Below are positions 13,274 through 24,902 of a stretch of 64,000 bases of DNA, in pieces. Under the pieces are notes generated by a model. It had not been told where the DNA came from, searched no databases, and saw nothing but the letters and a program-made list of their open reading frames with translations. The DNA is from Cetorhinus maximus. Lineage: Eukaryota. A program made the translations under genes and the position numbers. The DNA is taken from assembly GCF_964194155.1 (NCBI RefSeq), contig NC_135888.1, forward strand, positions 116,622,001-116,686,000. The letters are read 5' to 3'. Position 1 is the stretch's first letter, and the number at the start of each line of letters is the position of its first letter.

Positions 13274-13325
13274 CATTTTGCTTGGTGATGACTGGAGGTT
13301 GATTTTGAAGTTGCATTGTATCTCT
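13274..13325 (-). CDS. AFF4: AFF4 coding exon ((K)RYNATSKSTSSHHQAK)
   Basis: Acceptor ttttaattgcag|AG AGA TAC, donor AAA TG|gtaagt; 52 nt, phase 1 to 2; matches human KRYNPSKTSNGHQSK. Confidence 0.92.
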
Positions 13326-13769
13326 CTGCAATTAAAATCTCATTATTAAAAAAATATAGTTCTAAACACTACCAAAAACAGTTCAAGGCCTTCAATTATG
13401 TGCAATAGATTTCTACCTAACTTTTAAGGTACTGGACAAAGGCTCTCTTAATTATCAAGTGAGCATGTCTGGAGAGTAGGTGAGTCACAGACTAAGCAGG
13501 TGCCGGTTCAATGCTTGACCTGTGCTGAATTAACTGATCTTAATTGGGTAGTGCTGGAAGCACTCCAATTGGTCTCAGTAACCTAGGCTGAGGGTGAAAA
13601 TAATTTTGTTGTTCTCATTGCTAACCGCTGCCCTTTGTGGTGTAATCACTGGATGAGGGTAGAATCAGGTTTGTCCTTGGTGCTCATCACAGTTGAACAT
13701 TCTATCCACATTCAATAGCTCAGCAGGGAGTCAGAGTTCAAGAGGGAGAAGGGAGGTTGGGGAAGGCAG

Positions 13770-14410
13770 ACACACTTGCTTTGATATAGGTTTGGAGGAA
13801 ACTGGGGTTCAGGGAAGAAATTCCAGAGCTTTTGGCCAACTAAAGGCACAGTGATCAATGGTGGAGTGAAGGAAGTGGAGAATGTGTCGGAGGTCAGAGT
13901 TCGACTGCAGTGTTTTCATAAATGTAGGCTGGAGGAGGCTACAAAGATAAGGGGCGGTGGTGCATAAGGCTAATAAGGGATCTGACTGCACGAGAAACAT
14001 GGAGACAAAGAAGCTCATTGAGAGCAGGGATGATGGTTGAGCAGGAGTTGCGTTTTGGATGAGCTTAAGTTTAAGAAGGGAGGAGAGGAGGCTGGCCAGG
14101 AGATCATTGGAACAGTCAGTCATAAGGTGACAATTCTGAACAAGATTTAACAGCAAATGGGCTGAGGGAGAGATGGGCAATGTTACAGAGCTGGAGGTAG
14201 AAGTAGTTAGTCTTTTTGTGGCAGAGGACATATATTTGGGTGCTCAGCTCAGGATCAAATAGGGTACCAAGGCTTCACAGAGTTTGATTTAGCCTGAAGC
14301 ATTGGTCCCAAAAGGGGATGGAATCAGTGGTTAAGGGAGTGAAGTGTGAGGGATAATGAGGCAAAAAGACAATGGCTTCGGCATTCGAAAAGCTAATTTG
14401 GAGGAATTTT
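13770..14410 (-). mobile_element. Decayed L2 LINE 3' fragment
   Basis: Minus-strand translation includes KLKLIQNATPA and 'CAFS..A.EF'; shares sequence with the L2 copy at 44550-45900. Confidence 0.6.
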
Positions 14411-14517
14411 TCTATCACACGGATAAAAGTAGAATCAAGCAAGGGAAATCCAATGTATGGAAGGGAAATCCATAGTTGGATAATACAGGAAAGTTTTTGA
14501 AAAAAGAATATAGTGTC

Positions 14518-15690
14518 AACCTTGGCTCAGTGGTAACATCCTTCCAAAATTAGGTTGAGGATTCACCCCCCTTTTCAGAGACTTGAGCACATAAATTAGG
14601 TCAGCATTATAATGTAGTACTGAAGGAAACACACAGAAATAGGAGGTCATTCAACTGTGGTGCCAGTCAGTTAGATCAATGCTGATTTGTATCTCAGCAC
14701 AATTTACTTGCCTTTGCTCCATACCTCTTGATACACTCCACCTAACAAATATTTATTGATCTCAGTGCTGAAAGTTTCAACTAACCAGCATCAGCATCCA
14801 CCACTTCATGGAAAGAAGTATCTGGATTTCCAGTGCCCTGTGTGAGAGAAAAAGTGCTTCTTGATGTCACCCCTAAAAGGCCTAGCATTAATTTAAGATT
14901 GTTCCTTTGTTCTGGATGGAGTGTTGGACAGAGACGACATCTTTGGGATGAGATGTTAAGCATAAGTTACAACCGCCCTCGCTAGTGGACATAAACGATT
15001 CATAGTGTTAAACTTCTGACAACAAGATGAAGTAGGAAACCAATCGTTTACTTAATACTAGATTTATTTACAGAATGCAACATTGTAAATGCCTTCCTCT
15101 ACCCAACACCTTTTGTTCCACTAGTATGTGCTTAAGGTACTTAAATCAATCAGTGACTTCCACTTATATATCCTTAATCTTAGTAATACAATTAACATAC
15201 CATTAATACATAGTACTATTCAGAGAGCAGGGGGGGTTATCCAAGAAGTCCTGACCTATGTTTGTCCCTCAACACCAGTAAATCAATTTATCTGGTCTAA
15301 AAATAGAAAGTGCTGGAAAAATTCAGTAGGTCTGGCGCCTGTGGAGAGAGAAACAGAGTTAATACTTCAAGTCGAACATTAGCCATGGGCTGAATGGCCT
15401 CTTTCTGTGCTGTAACTTTATGGTTATATGGCTCTCTCTCCACAGATGCTGCCCGACCTACTGAGTTTTTTCACCACTTTTTTTATTTCAGATCTATAGC
15501 ACCCGCAGTATTTTGCTTTTGTTTCAGTTCATCTAGTCATTTATCCTTGCTGTTCATGGGACTATGCTGCGGACAAATTGGCCACTATATTTATCTTATG
15601 TCAGTGTCTAGATTTCAAAATTATTAATTAACTGATGGGCTTTATCATGTTCTGTGGAAATTAAAGGCACTACATAAATGCAAGCTTGTT
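14518..15690 (+). mobile_element. Deu-type SINE fragmented by nested insertions (CR1 3' piece at about 14640-14915 on the minus strand; Penelope-derived palindrome at about 15299-15525)
   Basis: tRNA-like head cttggctcagtggta, Deu-like core 'tctttgggatgagatgttaagc' and tail 'aaaggcactacataaatgcaagc' occur in order, colinear with the copy at 1115-1455. Confidence 0.55.
15299..15525. mobile_element. Short palindromic Penelope-terminus-derived element
   Basis: Arm 'tgctggaaaaattcagtaggtctggc..ctgtggagagag' is inverted as 'ctctctccacagatgctgcccgacctactgagttttttcacca'; related sequence at 23230-23430 and 24577-24660. Confidence 0.6.
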
Positions 15691-16988
15691 TTTTCTTTCA
15701 ATCTTTGGTCAACATTTACATTTCAAGTATATTAATACTTTAGATTTAACCAGGTAAATAACACATTAAATAATTATGAAGTGTTTATTATTTTGACCTA
15801 ATTACCCCTAGCATTATTGGATATTTCAGTGCCACTATGCATTCTTTATAATCAACAGGAACAGATACATTCCTGGGTAAACAATCTTATACCACCAGTT
15901 TCGTTCCTTAATCGATAAGGAGGTGTTAACAACTAGCCACTAAGAAAGAAATATTGTCTATCAACTTCATATTTTAGCACCATTTTCGCTTGCTCCAACC
16001 ACTCGTGATTACCGGCATGTGACCAGTGTCCAGTTCTTTGCTAACTGTTGTCCTTTAACTAATTAATAGGCATGTTGAGAGCAGTCTCTTAATTACTTGG
16101 CCTCAAATTTTTCCTTCCTGCTGTGAAGAAGTGCCTAGCTGCCCTGGGCTTTCACCACCCGACCTTGCCAGATGGTGGGCATTGCAGAACTAAATTTACA
16201 CCTGACCATGAGTTATACTGCCAATCTGACTTGGAATAAAAGGCTCATCAGATTCTGAAGACAAATTATCCCTACAATCTTAATGTAGCCTGAAAGTTGT
16301 AAATGAATATGGGCAACTGTTAACCATTAAGATAATTTAGTTTTTAAATCACTCCACTTAGGTAGTGAATATATGTTTCATTTTATTATTGTGACAAGGT
16401 TTTAAAACTATTAGTGGATTCCCATAGAAGTACTCATGGGGGTACATGAGAGCACATGGTAGAATTTTAATATCTGCTGGGCGTGCAGTAAATGGATAAT
16501 AGTGGCATTTCCTGATTGAAGTTACACCCCAAAGTAGTCAGAAAAGAGTGTTAGAATTTCAGTGCTACAGACAAAGTATAAAGCTATTATATACCATGAG
16601 CAAACACAATTAATCAATCTTTTAAGGTGTAGGTGTCGCTTTCAAAGATTAAAAATGGTTAGCTAATGTTAAGTAAACACTGGTTAAGCTCATAGACAGG
16701 TCAGGTATGATTGTGTTTCTCTGGTGTTTTTCTGTCACTGCAGTTTGTACATTCCAAGTAACTGCCTTTACTCCTCATTACCTTTTCGCAGAGAAATTTC
16801 ATTAGCGTGCCATGACTTAAGTATGCAGTCTTTGTTTAGATTATGATAAAAGAAGATCTTCCATGGTTTGGCTGTCAGCAAATTGGATGATATGTAATTT
16901 TCTACTGACAGGAGCATCACACCATGTAATGAAGACTAATATGGATAAATTAATAAACATCCCATTTTAAATAGTTTTAAATACTTAC

Positions 16989-17025
16989 TCTGCCCTGGTA
17001 CATTGTAGTTAACATGCTGAGATTC
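16989..17025 (-). CDS. AFF4: AFF4 coding exon (ESQHVNYNVPGQ)
   Basis: Acceptor ttatctttttag|GAA TCT CAG, donor CAG A|gtaagt; 37 nt, phase 0 to 1; matches human ESQQSNFGTGEQ. Confidence 0.92.
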
Positions 17026-18076
17026 CTAAAAAGATAAAAGATAATAAAGATGTGAAATGTACTTCAACTAAAATGATCATTCTAGGACTGGAAATGGAAC
17101 AAACTTCTCCTTTACCCATAGATGTTCCGCTGACTATCCAAATTTTAAGCAATATAGGCTTCTAAAATCCACTGCCATTCAGGAAATTTTCATAGTGTAC
17201 TTTACCTGCAAGATCGTGTACATATTCTGTAGGGTTTTAATCACAATACATGTTGGAAAACAGTGCTGGAAGTAGTTTCTTAAATTTACTCACAATTAGG
17301 ACCTCTTTCAAACCCAGTACAATGAACTTTCCACTCACCAAAATCTGTTAATTGAGCCTTAACCAGAGAAAATAAACCCTAAAAAGAATTGAAATGCACC
17401 TTTGGTAGGGACAAGAATCTAGTCAGTGGGGTAGATAAGAGCAGCTACAGGACAAAAAAAGGATCAGATGCAGCATGAAAGCAAAAGGAAATGGAAGAGA
17501 GAAAGAAACACACCAAGGTTAATCCCAAACTGTAGTGATTTTCAATTTGCAAAAAATGCAAAGTAGTGAAGCTTCCTCAAACTAGTTAGTAAGTGTGCTT
17601 CTAGATTTGCTGCAAAATGAATGCATCATCTTCAATACAAACTGACATCTGTACATAATCACAGGTTCCCCTTAGCTGTGCATTAGTGGAAATATTCACT
17701 TTACCAATGCATTTGAGCTTCCCATCTCAGGAATGGATTTACATTTGTTCAAATAAATCATTAATATCATCAACATTAAAATGTAATGTGTCAAATTTTA
17801 AAGTTTATATATTGCACTAAAAGGATACAAAGATACTGAAGTTCCCTTGCATTGTGAATTCCTCTGCAATGCCTTCCTCACTCTTGCAGTGTGCTTGTCC
17901 TTTGACATTTCTTCTTTTTCTCTCACACTGAGTAGTTCCTTTTTCTTCTCCCACATCACGGATTCACAGCTACATTATTTCTTTCCTACATCACACCAAT
18001 TCCACTGTTCTTGTACTCTTCTCTTGACCCCAGTTTTAAATATTCCATGTCTGTAGAAGTAAACACAGATACCCAC

Positions 18077-18163
18077 CTTTGTTGGAAATGGAAATTTTGA
18101 TGGCTCAGCCTTGCACGGTGTATGAATTGCTGTCAGTGGTGGTGGCCAGGAGTGTGTCATTTC
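18077..18163 (-). CDS. AFF4: AFF4 coding exon ([29 protein letters not shown]; ELL-binding region)
   Basis: Acceptor gctgtag|GAA ATG, donor ACA AAG|gtgggt; 87 nt; peptide nearly identical to the AFF4 ELL1/2-binding segment. Confidence 0.97.
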
Positions 18164-18689
18164 CTACAGCACACAGTGTACAATGGGTCAGAATTGTATT
18201 CCATGACAGATGACGCAATAATAAATCCTAACCAACAAGTAATTTATACAGAGCAGGCTTGATGGGCTGTGTGGTCTACTCTTGCTCCTATTTCTTATGT
18301 TATATTCTGATAACAGCTCAAAAATCTTGTAGCTTCAACTACCTAATACATTAAAAAGCTTACTTTTGCACACACACCCTGGCAAAATTTTTCATTATAA
18401 ATTTATATAATCAAACTTATAATGGAGAGTGATGTATAATTACACCTTCCCACCAATTAGAACATAAGTCTACATAATCAATTTACATTATAAATATGGG
18501 CACCAGAATTTACAAAAGATATATAAGTACAGAATTTTAACTAATGTGGGGGCTGAATCACAGTGCGCTCGGGTCAAATTATCCCCTGCCTTCTAACAGC
18601 ACTTCACTTAAATATTGAACTTGGTCTTTGACTTCCCATGTATAATCCAACAGGGGATCAACTAACTAACTAAAGATGGATATTTGGTG

Positions 18690-20258
18690 GTGCAGAACTT
18701 GAGTATTGCTGAAAAAGAGAGACGTTTTTTGTCTTGGACTCAGCAGTTCAATTTCGCAAGAAAATACCAAATGTCAGGGGAAATAACATATTTATATTGT
18801 ACGAAAAGAGAGTGCTGATTGGTTGACAAGTGGACTCCAGTAGCGGCGTTGCCATGGTGAATGCACCAGTTGATGGTGACTGACAGTTAACTGCCAAACA
18901 TTGTTTGAAATTTAAACAGACATCTTGACTCCAATTGGTCAAGACATTCCCCTGAGGAAAAAAACAGCGAATGGCTGTCACTTATTTTGTTTATCTGAAA
19001 CAAGTACAGTGTGTGCACATATTCTGTCTGCAAAGAACAGGGCCCTGTGTGTTAATATGTGTAGCTTCCAGCACATGTAAATGTACCACACGGCAAGCCC
19101 GACTGACAATCTTAAATTGGCTGTCAGCGTAATTCTTAACACACTGCGGATTATTTAGCAATTGACACCCAACCATGGAATCACATCCAATGTTAGACAC
19201 TGTATTTTGAGTTTTGCAAGCACGGACTGGTTGGGTATGGTCTGTACCTTGTCTGTTACAAAAGCGGAAGGGATATGCTGTTTGATATGATCCTCCGGTC
19301 TTTAGGACGTACGGCCTACATACCTAGCATCACACTAGCACTGAAATTCATACACCACATTACTCATTTGTGGGATAGTGGAAACGTCATTTTGGCTTGA
19401 TGGCAGCTTCCTGTTAGTGGCAAAAACCATTTGTGTTGCTACTGCATAGTAGCAGCGTGAAACAGTTAACTTCATTTGTTGCTCAAATTTTTGCGATACC
19501 TTGCTCTTTCAAGGAAATCTTAGGGGAACTGGGCACTTTTCAGGGCTGAAAGTGACATCCTTTGGGCCCGTTTATGAGTTTGCACGATATAAAGTGTGAA
19601 GTGATCCATCAGGGTAGCCATTATTATTCTGCAAGATGCCTTTGATGCACCCTATTTCAGCACGAAGCTTGCATGGTGAGCAAATGGCTCATTTACGAGG
19701 TTGCCATTAGGACCAATCTTAAAGCGTGTGGAACTATAAGAGTCCCAACGAGTGTATCGACCAGTGAAGGTAGGCTTGCGGTAGACCATGGTAGAAAATC
19801 TCCTGGCAAATTTCTCAACTAATACGTGAAGGAAAGGGAGTTCATTTGACTGCTCCAATTCAAAGGTGAATTTAAGCACAGGATGGAACCCATTAAGACA
19901 TGTAAGGAAATTATGACTTGCAGCTGTGGATTTAAATATAGCAAATGTACCATCCACGTATCTGATATATAAAAGGGGTAGGAGGTTGGGTGTCATTCCA
20001 TTGAAGACATATTTCTCATGGAACCCAGCAAATATATTTGAGAGAGCTGGGCTTAAAAAGGGGATCCCATGGCAACATCATCTATTTGGACATACATGGT
20101 GTCATTAAAGCTGAAATTTAAGTTGCCGAGTTCATAAGCTCAATGAATACTGATTCACGCAATGGTGGTGGGTCTAGATCGTCATGGTATAGTGCTGCAG
20201 TGCAAATATCTGTGGATCCCTTAAGTGGAACATTGATGAATAGGCTGGCAATGTCAAT
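18690..20258 (-). mobile_element. Penelope-like element (RT plus GIY-YIG endonuclease), decayed, 5'-truncated
   Basis: Minus-strand motifs DIASLFINVP, MGSP, YIRYVDGTF, FTFELEQSNELPFLHVLV, VYRKPTFTGRY, VYEFQC.CDARYVGRT and LEATHI. Confidence 0.92.
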
Positions 20259-21478
20259 GATATTTGTTATATTTAAATCTGCAGCTGCATGTAATAATTC
20301 CTTGCATATCTTAATGGGTTCCATCTGGCGCTCAAATTCACCATTGAAATGGAGCAGTCAAATGAATTCCCTTTCCTTGACGTACTAGTTGAGAAATCCG
20401 CTAGGGGGTTCTCTACCATGGCCTACCACAAACCTACCTTCACTCGTCAACACACGCTGTGGGACTATAGTTCCACTCGCTATAAGATTGGCCTTATCGG
20501 GAACCTCGTAAATAGGGCCTGAGCCATTTGCTCACCACGCAAGCTTGATGCTGAAATAGGCATACCCTGAGGGATAATGGCTACCCTGATCAGATCATTT
20601 CACGCTGTATATCGTGCAAATTCATGAACAGGCCTAAGGCCTGGAAAAGTGCCCAGTCCACCTCAGGTTACCCTGGAAAGGCAAGGTATCTCAAATATTT
20701 GAGCAACAAGTGAAGCTAGCTGTTTCATGCTGCTACTATGCAGTAGCAACACAGGTGGTTTTTGTCACCAACAGGATGCTGCTGTCAAGCCAGAAAGGCG
20801 TTCCCGCTATCTCACAAATGAGTAACATGGTGTATGAATTTCAGTGTTAGTGCGATGCCAGGTACGTAGGCCGTACGTCACAAAGACTGGATTCCATCAA
20901 ACAGCATGTCCATTCCGTCGTTTGCAACTGTCAAGGTAAGGGCTGTATCCAACCAGCCCATGCTTGCAAAACTCAAAAGTGTCCAACTTTAGGTGTGATT
21001 CTGCGATCAGACAACATTTGCTAAATAATCCTCAGTGTACTAAGAATTATGATGACAACCAATTTGAGATCATCAATCGGGCTCGCAGTGTGGCGTGTGT
21101 GTACTGGAAGCTACATATATTAATAGACAGGGCTCTGTTCTTTGAAGACAGAAAGAACATGGACACACATTGCACCTGTTTCAGCTAAACGAAATAAGTG
21201 TCAGCCATTCATTGGTTCATTCCCCAGGGCAATGTTTTGACCAGAGTCAAGCTGTCCAGCTTAAGTTTCAAACAATGCTTGGCAGTTAACTGTCAGCCAC
21301 CATCAACTGGTGCATTCTCCATGGCACTGCCTCTACCAATCAGAGTTCACTTGCCAACTAATCAGCACACTCTTCTCATGCAGTATCTATTTCCCCATAC
21401 AATGGTATTTCTTGTGAAGTGTTCTGATTAGTCCAAGTTGAAAAGCTTTTTCAAAAAGTATCTCTTTTTCAGCAAAAT
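20258..21478 (+). mobile_element. Penelope-like element 3' portion, inverted relative to 18690-20258
   Basis: Reverse complement of about 18700-19950, including LPFLDVLV, YHKPTFT, GIY-YIG-type VYEFQC..YVGRT and SAIRQHLLNNP. Confidence 0.92.
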
Positions 21479-22282
21479 TAAAGATACTTCATCCATTTAT
21501 AGATTTTCACTACTTCTTAATTCCACAGATTTCAATGCAAGCGAAGCTCAATTTATTTTTGTATAACGAACTTTGAAGTAGCGTACATTTATAACAGGAA
21601 AACAGTCTAACACTACAGTTAAAAGCTAATTTTCATGCCTTCTACCTTTTCTGGTTTTGCATTACTGTATCACCATTGTTGTTCAGTTGATTCAAAGCAT
21701 TCAGTTTAGCAAAATGGGAAGAAATATCCACAACACCTTATGGCCATTGCATAACAACTGCAAAGCATTTACAAAGGAGATCCAGCTGGTATTACCAAGT
21801 ATGCCCTCTGAGTTGCTTTTGCAAAACTGATGGCAAGATTGGAATTCACATGGTCATCTTTGGATAAATGCATCATCTGCATTATACTGAGCCATGCAGA
21901 CCAGAATTATACAAAGTTTGATCCCTGCTATATGCTAAATTAGGCAGCAGTAGAAGCACTATAATTGCCCTTAGCGGATGATGAGGGAAAACGTGAGCAA
22001 GGATTACTGCTCCCAGTACACGTGCATGTAAAGCAATTGAGTGAACACAGGATTGGTCTTGGTTACAATTAACCACACCATAAAATCAAACAATCTGCAG
22101 GGCCCTGACCCATAATACCAGATAGCTTCCAGTGCCTGCGATATTATACCCCAGCAGCACAATTGCCTTGAATAAGTCAGCATCTCTGGGAAAGGAGGGA
22201 ATAAAGGGTGAGAGGAAAAAATAAAAATGCCAGGAGTAAAGATGAAAGAAGTACTAACATCAAATGATCATAACGGACATAC

Positions 22283-22327
22283 CTTTAGAATCTCATCCAC
22301 ACAGCTGGCATCACCTGACACAGAAGA
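22283..22327 (-). CDS. AFF4: AFF4 coding exon (SSVSGDASCVDEILK)
   Basis: Acceptor aatttacag|TCT, donor CTA AAG|gtatgt; 45 nt, phase 0 to 0; matches human ASASGDVSCVDEILK. Confidence 0.95.
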
Positions 22328-22787
22328 CTGTAAATTTCAAAAAGAAATAATGTAATTTTTTCTTACCAACAGAATATTTTATTTGATGGCTTCATGTCTG
22401 CTGTATACTACCGACATTGCTAACAAATCATCAGCAATACCACCATTTTAACAAAATTGAACCGATCCAATGAGTGGGAGATCACTTATGCTTAAATGAG
22501 TGAACCAACAAACTAAAGGTAGATAATAGAAAGCATTCCATGAAAAAGCCAAAGGCTCGTACAATAACATTTTAAATACCATGGATCATAGCACCTCCCA
22601 GAATCAAAGCCACATAGAAATACAGGTCTGGTGATATAATTTTGAAGTTTTAAGAACCCAGTTTTTGTTTCATTTTCTATCAACAACCATTGCCACTATG
22701 CTGGAGCCTACAGTCACCAAGTTTTGAATTTGATACTGCAATTAGGCAAACAGCAACATATAGGCTAAACAGAATTCAAAACAGTTG

Positions 22788-23160
22788 CCCACTCATGTGA
22801 TGTAGACGTCACTGACAAGGCCAGCATTTGTTGCCCATCCTTAATTGCCCTTGAACTAAATGACATGCTAAGCTATTTCTGAGGTCATTTAAGAGCCAAC
22901 CACATTGCTGTGGGTTTGGAGTGACATGTAAACCAGACCAGTTAAGGGTGGTAGATTTCCTTCTCTAAAGGACATTAGTTTTTATAATTAGTGATAATTG
23001 CCATGGTCACCATTACTGATATTAGCTTTCAATTCCAGATTTTATTAACTGAATTTAAATTCCACCAGGTGCCATGGTAGGATTTGAACCCAAGACCCCA
23101 AAGCATTTGGGTGGGCCTCAGAGCTACTAGTCCAGTGACATTGCCACTATGCCACCATCT
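22788..23160 (-). mobile_element. tRNA-derived SINE sharing head and core with the 5' end, and tail with the 3' end, of the LINE at 48854-52072
   Basis: Reverse complement shows box A tggcatagtgg, box B ggttcaaatcc, core 'aatgtcctttagagaaggaaatc..tggtctggtttacatgtcactcca' and tail 'ggatgggcaacaaatgctggcc'. Confidence 0.85.
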
Positions 23161-23229
23161 TCCTTTTGTTAATGTGGCTAAACAGCTCCTTCAGTCACTC
23201 CCAATTTATTCCTTGTGTACAAAAAGTAA

Positions 23230-23430
23230 TACCAGCAGATGCTGGAAAAAATCCAAGAAAATACAGAAAACATTCAGGTCAGGCATCATCAATAGAGAGA
23301 GCAGAGAAATTGATGTTTTGGGTGCAAACCCATCATCAAAATTTAGACGGCGCACACCTGAAATGTAAACTCTCCTGTTCTCTCCAAAGATGCTGAGTGG
23401 CTTCAACTTTACTGGCTTTTGTTTCGCACC
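23230..23430. mobile_element. Short palindromic Penelope-terminus-derived element
   Basis: 'gcatcatcaatagagagagcagagaaattgatgtttt' is imperfectly inverted as 'gaaatgtaaactctcctgttctctccaaagatgct'; same family as 15299. Confidence 0.5.
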
Positions 23431-24576
23431 TTTCTTTTACTATATTTAAATGTTAGTCCTCATTAGCTCTATTTGATGGGTGACAGTACTTTTTGACAGC
23501 CCTTATTTATACAGCAGTCTGCTGCTTGAATATTTAATTTCAGAATATTTTTCAAAACTAGTCGAACCAAGCTGGTAATCAGTGATAAAACAGTCTTGCT
23601 TAGTTAAGTCATTGTTAAATAAAGTTTTAAATAAAAAGTGGGGCACTTATTGCTGCTACCTACAGTAACAAACAAACAATATACAGTGATGAGCAAAGGT
23701 TAATCAGCTATTGCATTGCAAATTCATTCAGTGCAATACCATAGACTTTTAAATAACAGATTCTAAAATAGTCCTGAACAAAGGGAGAAACCATTTCTTC
23801 CTCTTGAATTAAAAATAATGAAATATCCTATATGTATTTTATAGAGATTTTGTAAGGACATCATTTGAGGTCCAGTGCAAGAGGCAAATGCATTGCCTGC
23901 ATGGTAGGACCATTTACTTGGACTACAATAAACACAAGCAGCCCTGGCACAAATTACATTTCCTGGGTAAGAAAGCATATTGTATGACTAAACAGTAAGT
24001 TCAGCTATTAGATTACTAAGCAAGCAATTTCGCTTTTAAGTCTTTAATTTTAAGTTTAAAGAGACATTCACTCTCTGTGGTGACCCAAAGGTTTGACTAT
24101 AAAGTAGGGGCTGGTTGGCCAACTTCCATTCCTATGTACCAACAATTGTTACACTAAGCATGTGGTAATGCTTGATAATGCAAAAGTCCAAAAATTATAA
24201 GTGCCAAGAATAATTCTAACTCAGAAGGAACTGGATTCGGGCCTCACATCAGGCAACCCCAGTGAATGGAGATTAGCGTTCTCATCTCAGAATACAAGGC
24301 TGACAGCCAGGTGGGTACTTGTATCCAATGGAAACAAAGTGGTAATACCCTTTCATTCTATCAAGCTGATCCTACTGGTAGGAGATGGAGAGTCAGGCTA
24401 ATGGCCTATCCATGTAAAATGGGTCATTGTTACAGAAACAACCCAGATAATATGCCTCAAAGCAGAAAGTGCTCACTTTACAGTCAAGATTCTCAGGTAG
24501 CCCAATTCTTAAAAGTTCTCTGCAAAGACAAAGCAGTGCAATCTGTCTCAGCAGGGACAATAAGGTAATATTTGGA

Positions 24577-24660
24577 TAAAAACAAAAAACTACTGCGGAT
24601 GCTGGAAATCCAAAACAAAAACAGAATTACCTGGAAAAACTCAGGTCTGGCAGCATCGGT
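24577..24660 (-). mobile_element. About 84-bp Penelope-terminus-type insertion with a 13-bp target-site duplication
   Basis: ggtaatatttgga occurs at 24564-24576 and 24661-24673, flanking 'aaaaacaaaaaactactgcggatgctggaaatcc...ctcaggtctggcagcatc'. Confidence 0.75.
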
Positions 24661-24902
24661 GGTAATATTTGGAAGCAGTTAAGTGCAGCTCAGCTAACTA
24701 TTTTATGGCCTTAGCTTTGTATTGAACTAACTGCCATTCTGTATTGGTTGTAAAGTCTGGGTTTGAGGTTTTAAAACTACTTGAAAGAACTTGTGTCAGG
24801 AAAATACCAATTTTTATTTCAGGCAAGATTTTACACCTTGCCGGTACATCAATAAAGTTGCTTTAAAAAACTGATGTTAAAAAATTGAGACAATTTGCTT
24901 AC

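Noticed and set aside
13480-13720. Additional SINE-like repeat (similar sequence near 21885-22100; another candidate at about 24220-24440)
   Set aside because: Probably old SINEs, but too degenerate to assign a family or boundaries from sequence alone.
24849-24902. C-terminal [17 protein letters not shown] of the 280-aa ORF as real coding sequence
   Set aside because: This is read-through past the GAG|gtaagc donor into the intron; AFF4 homology continues in the exon at 22327.
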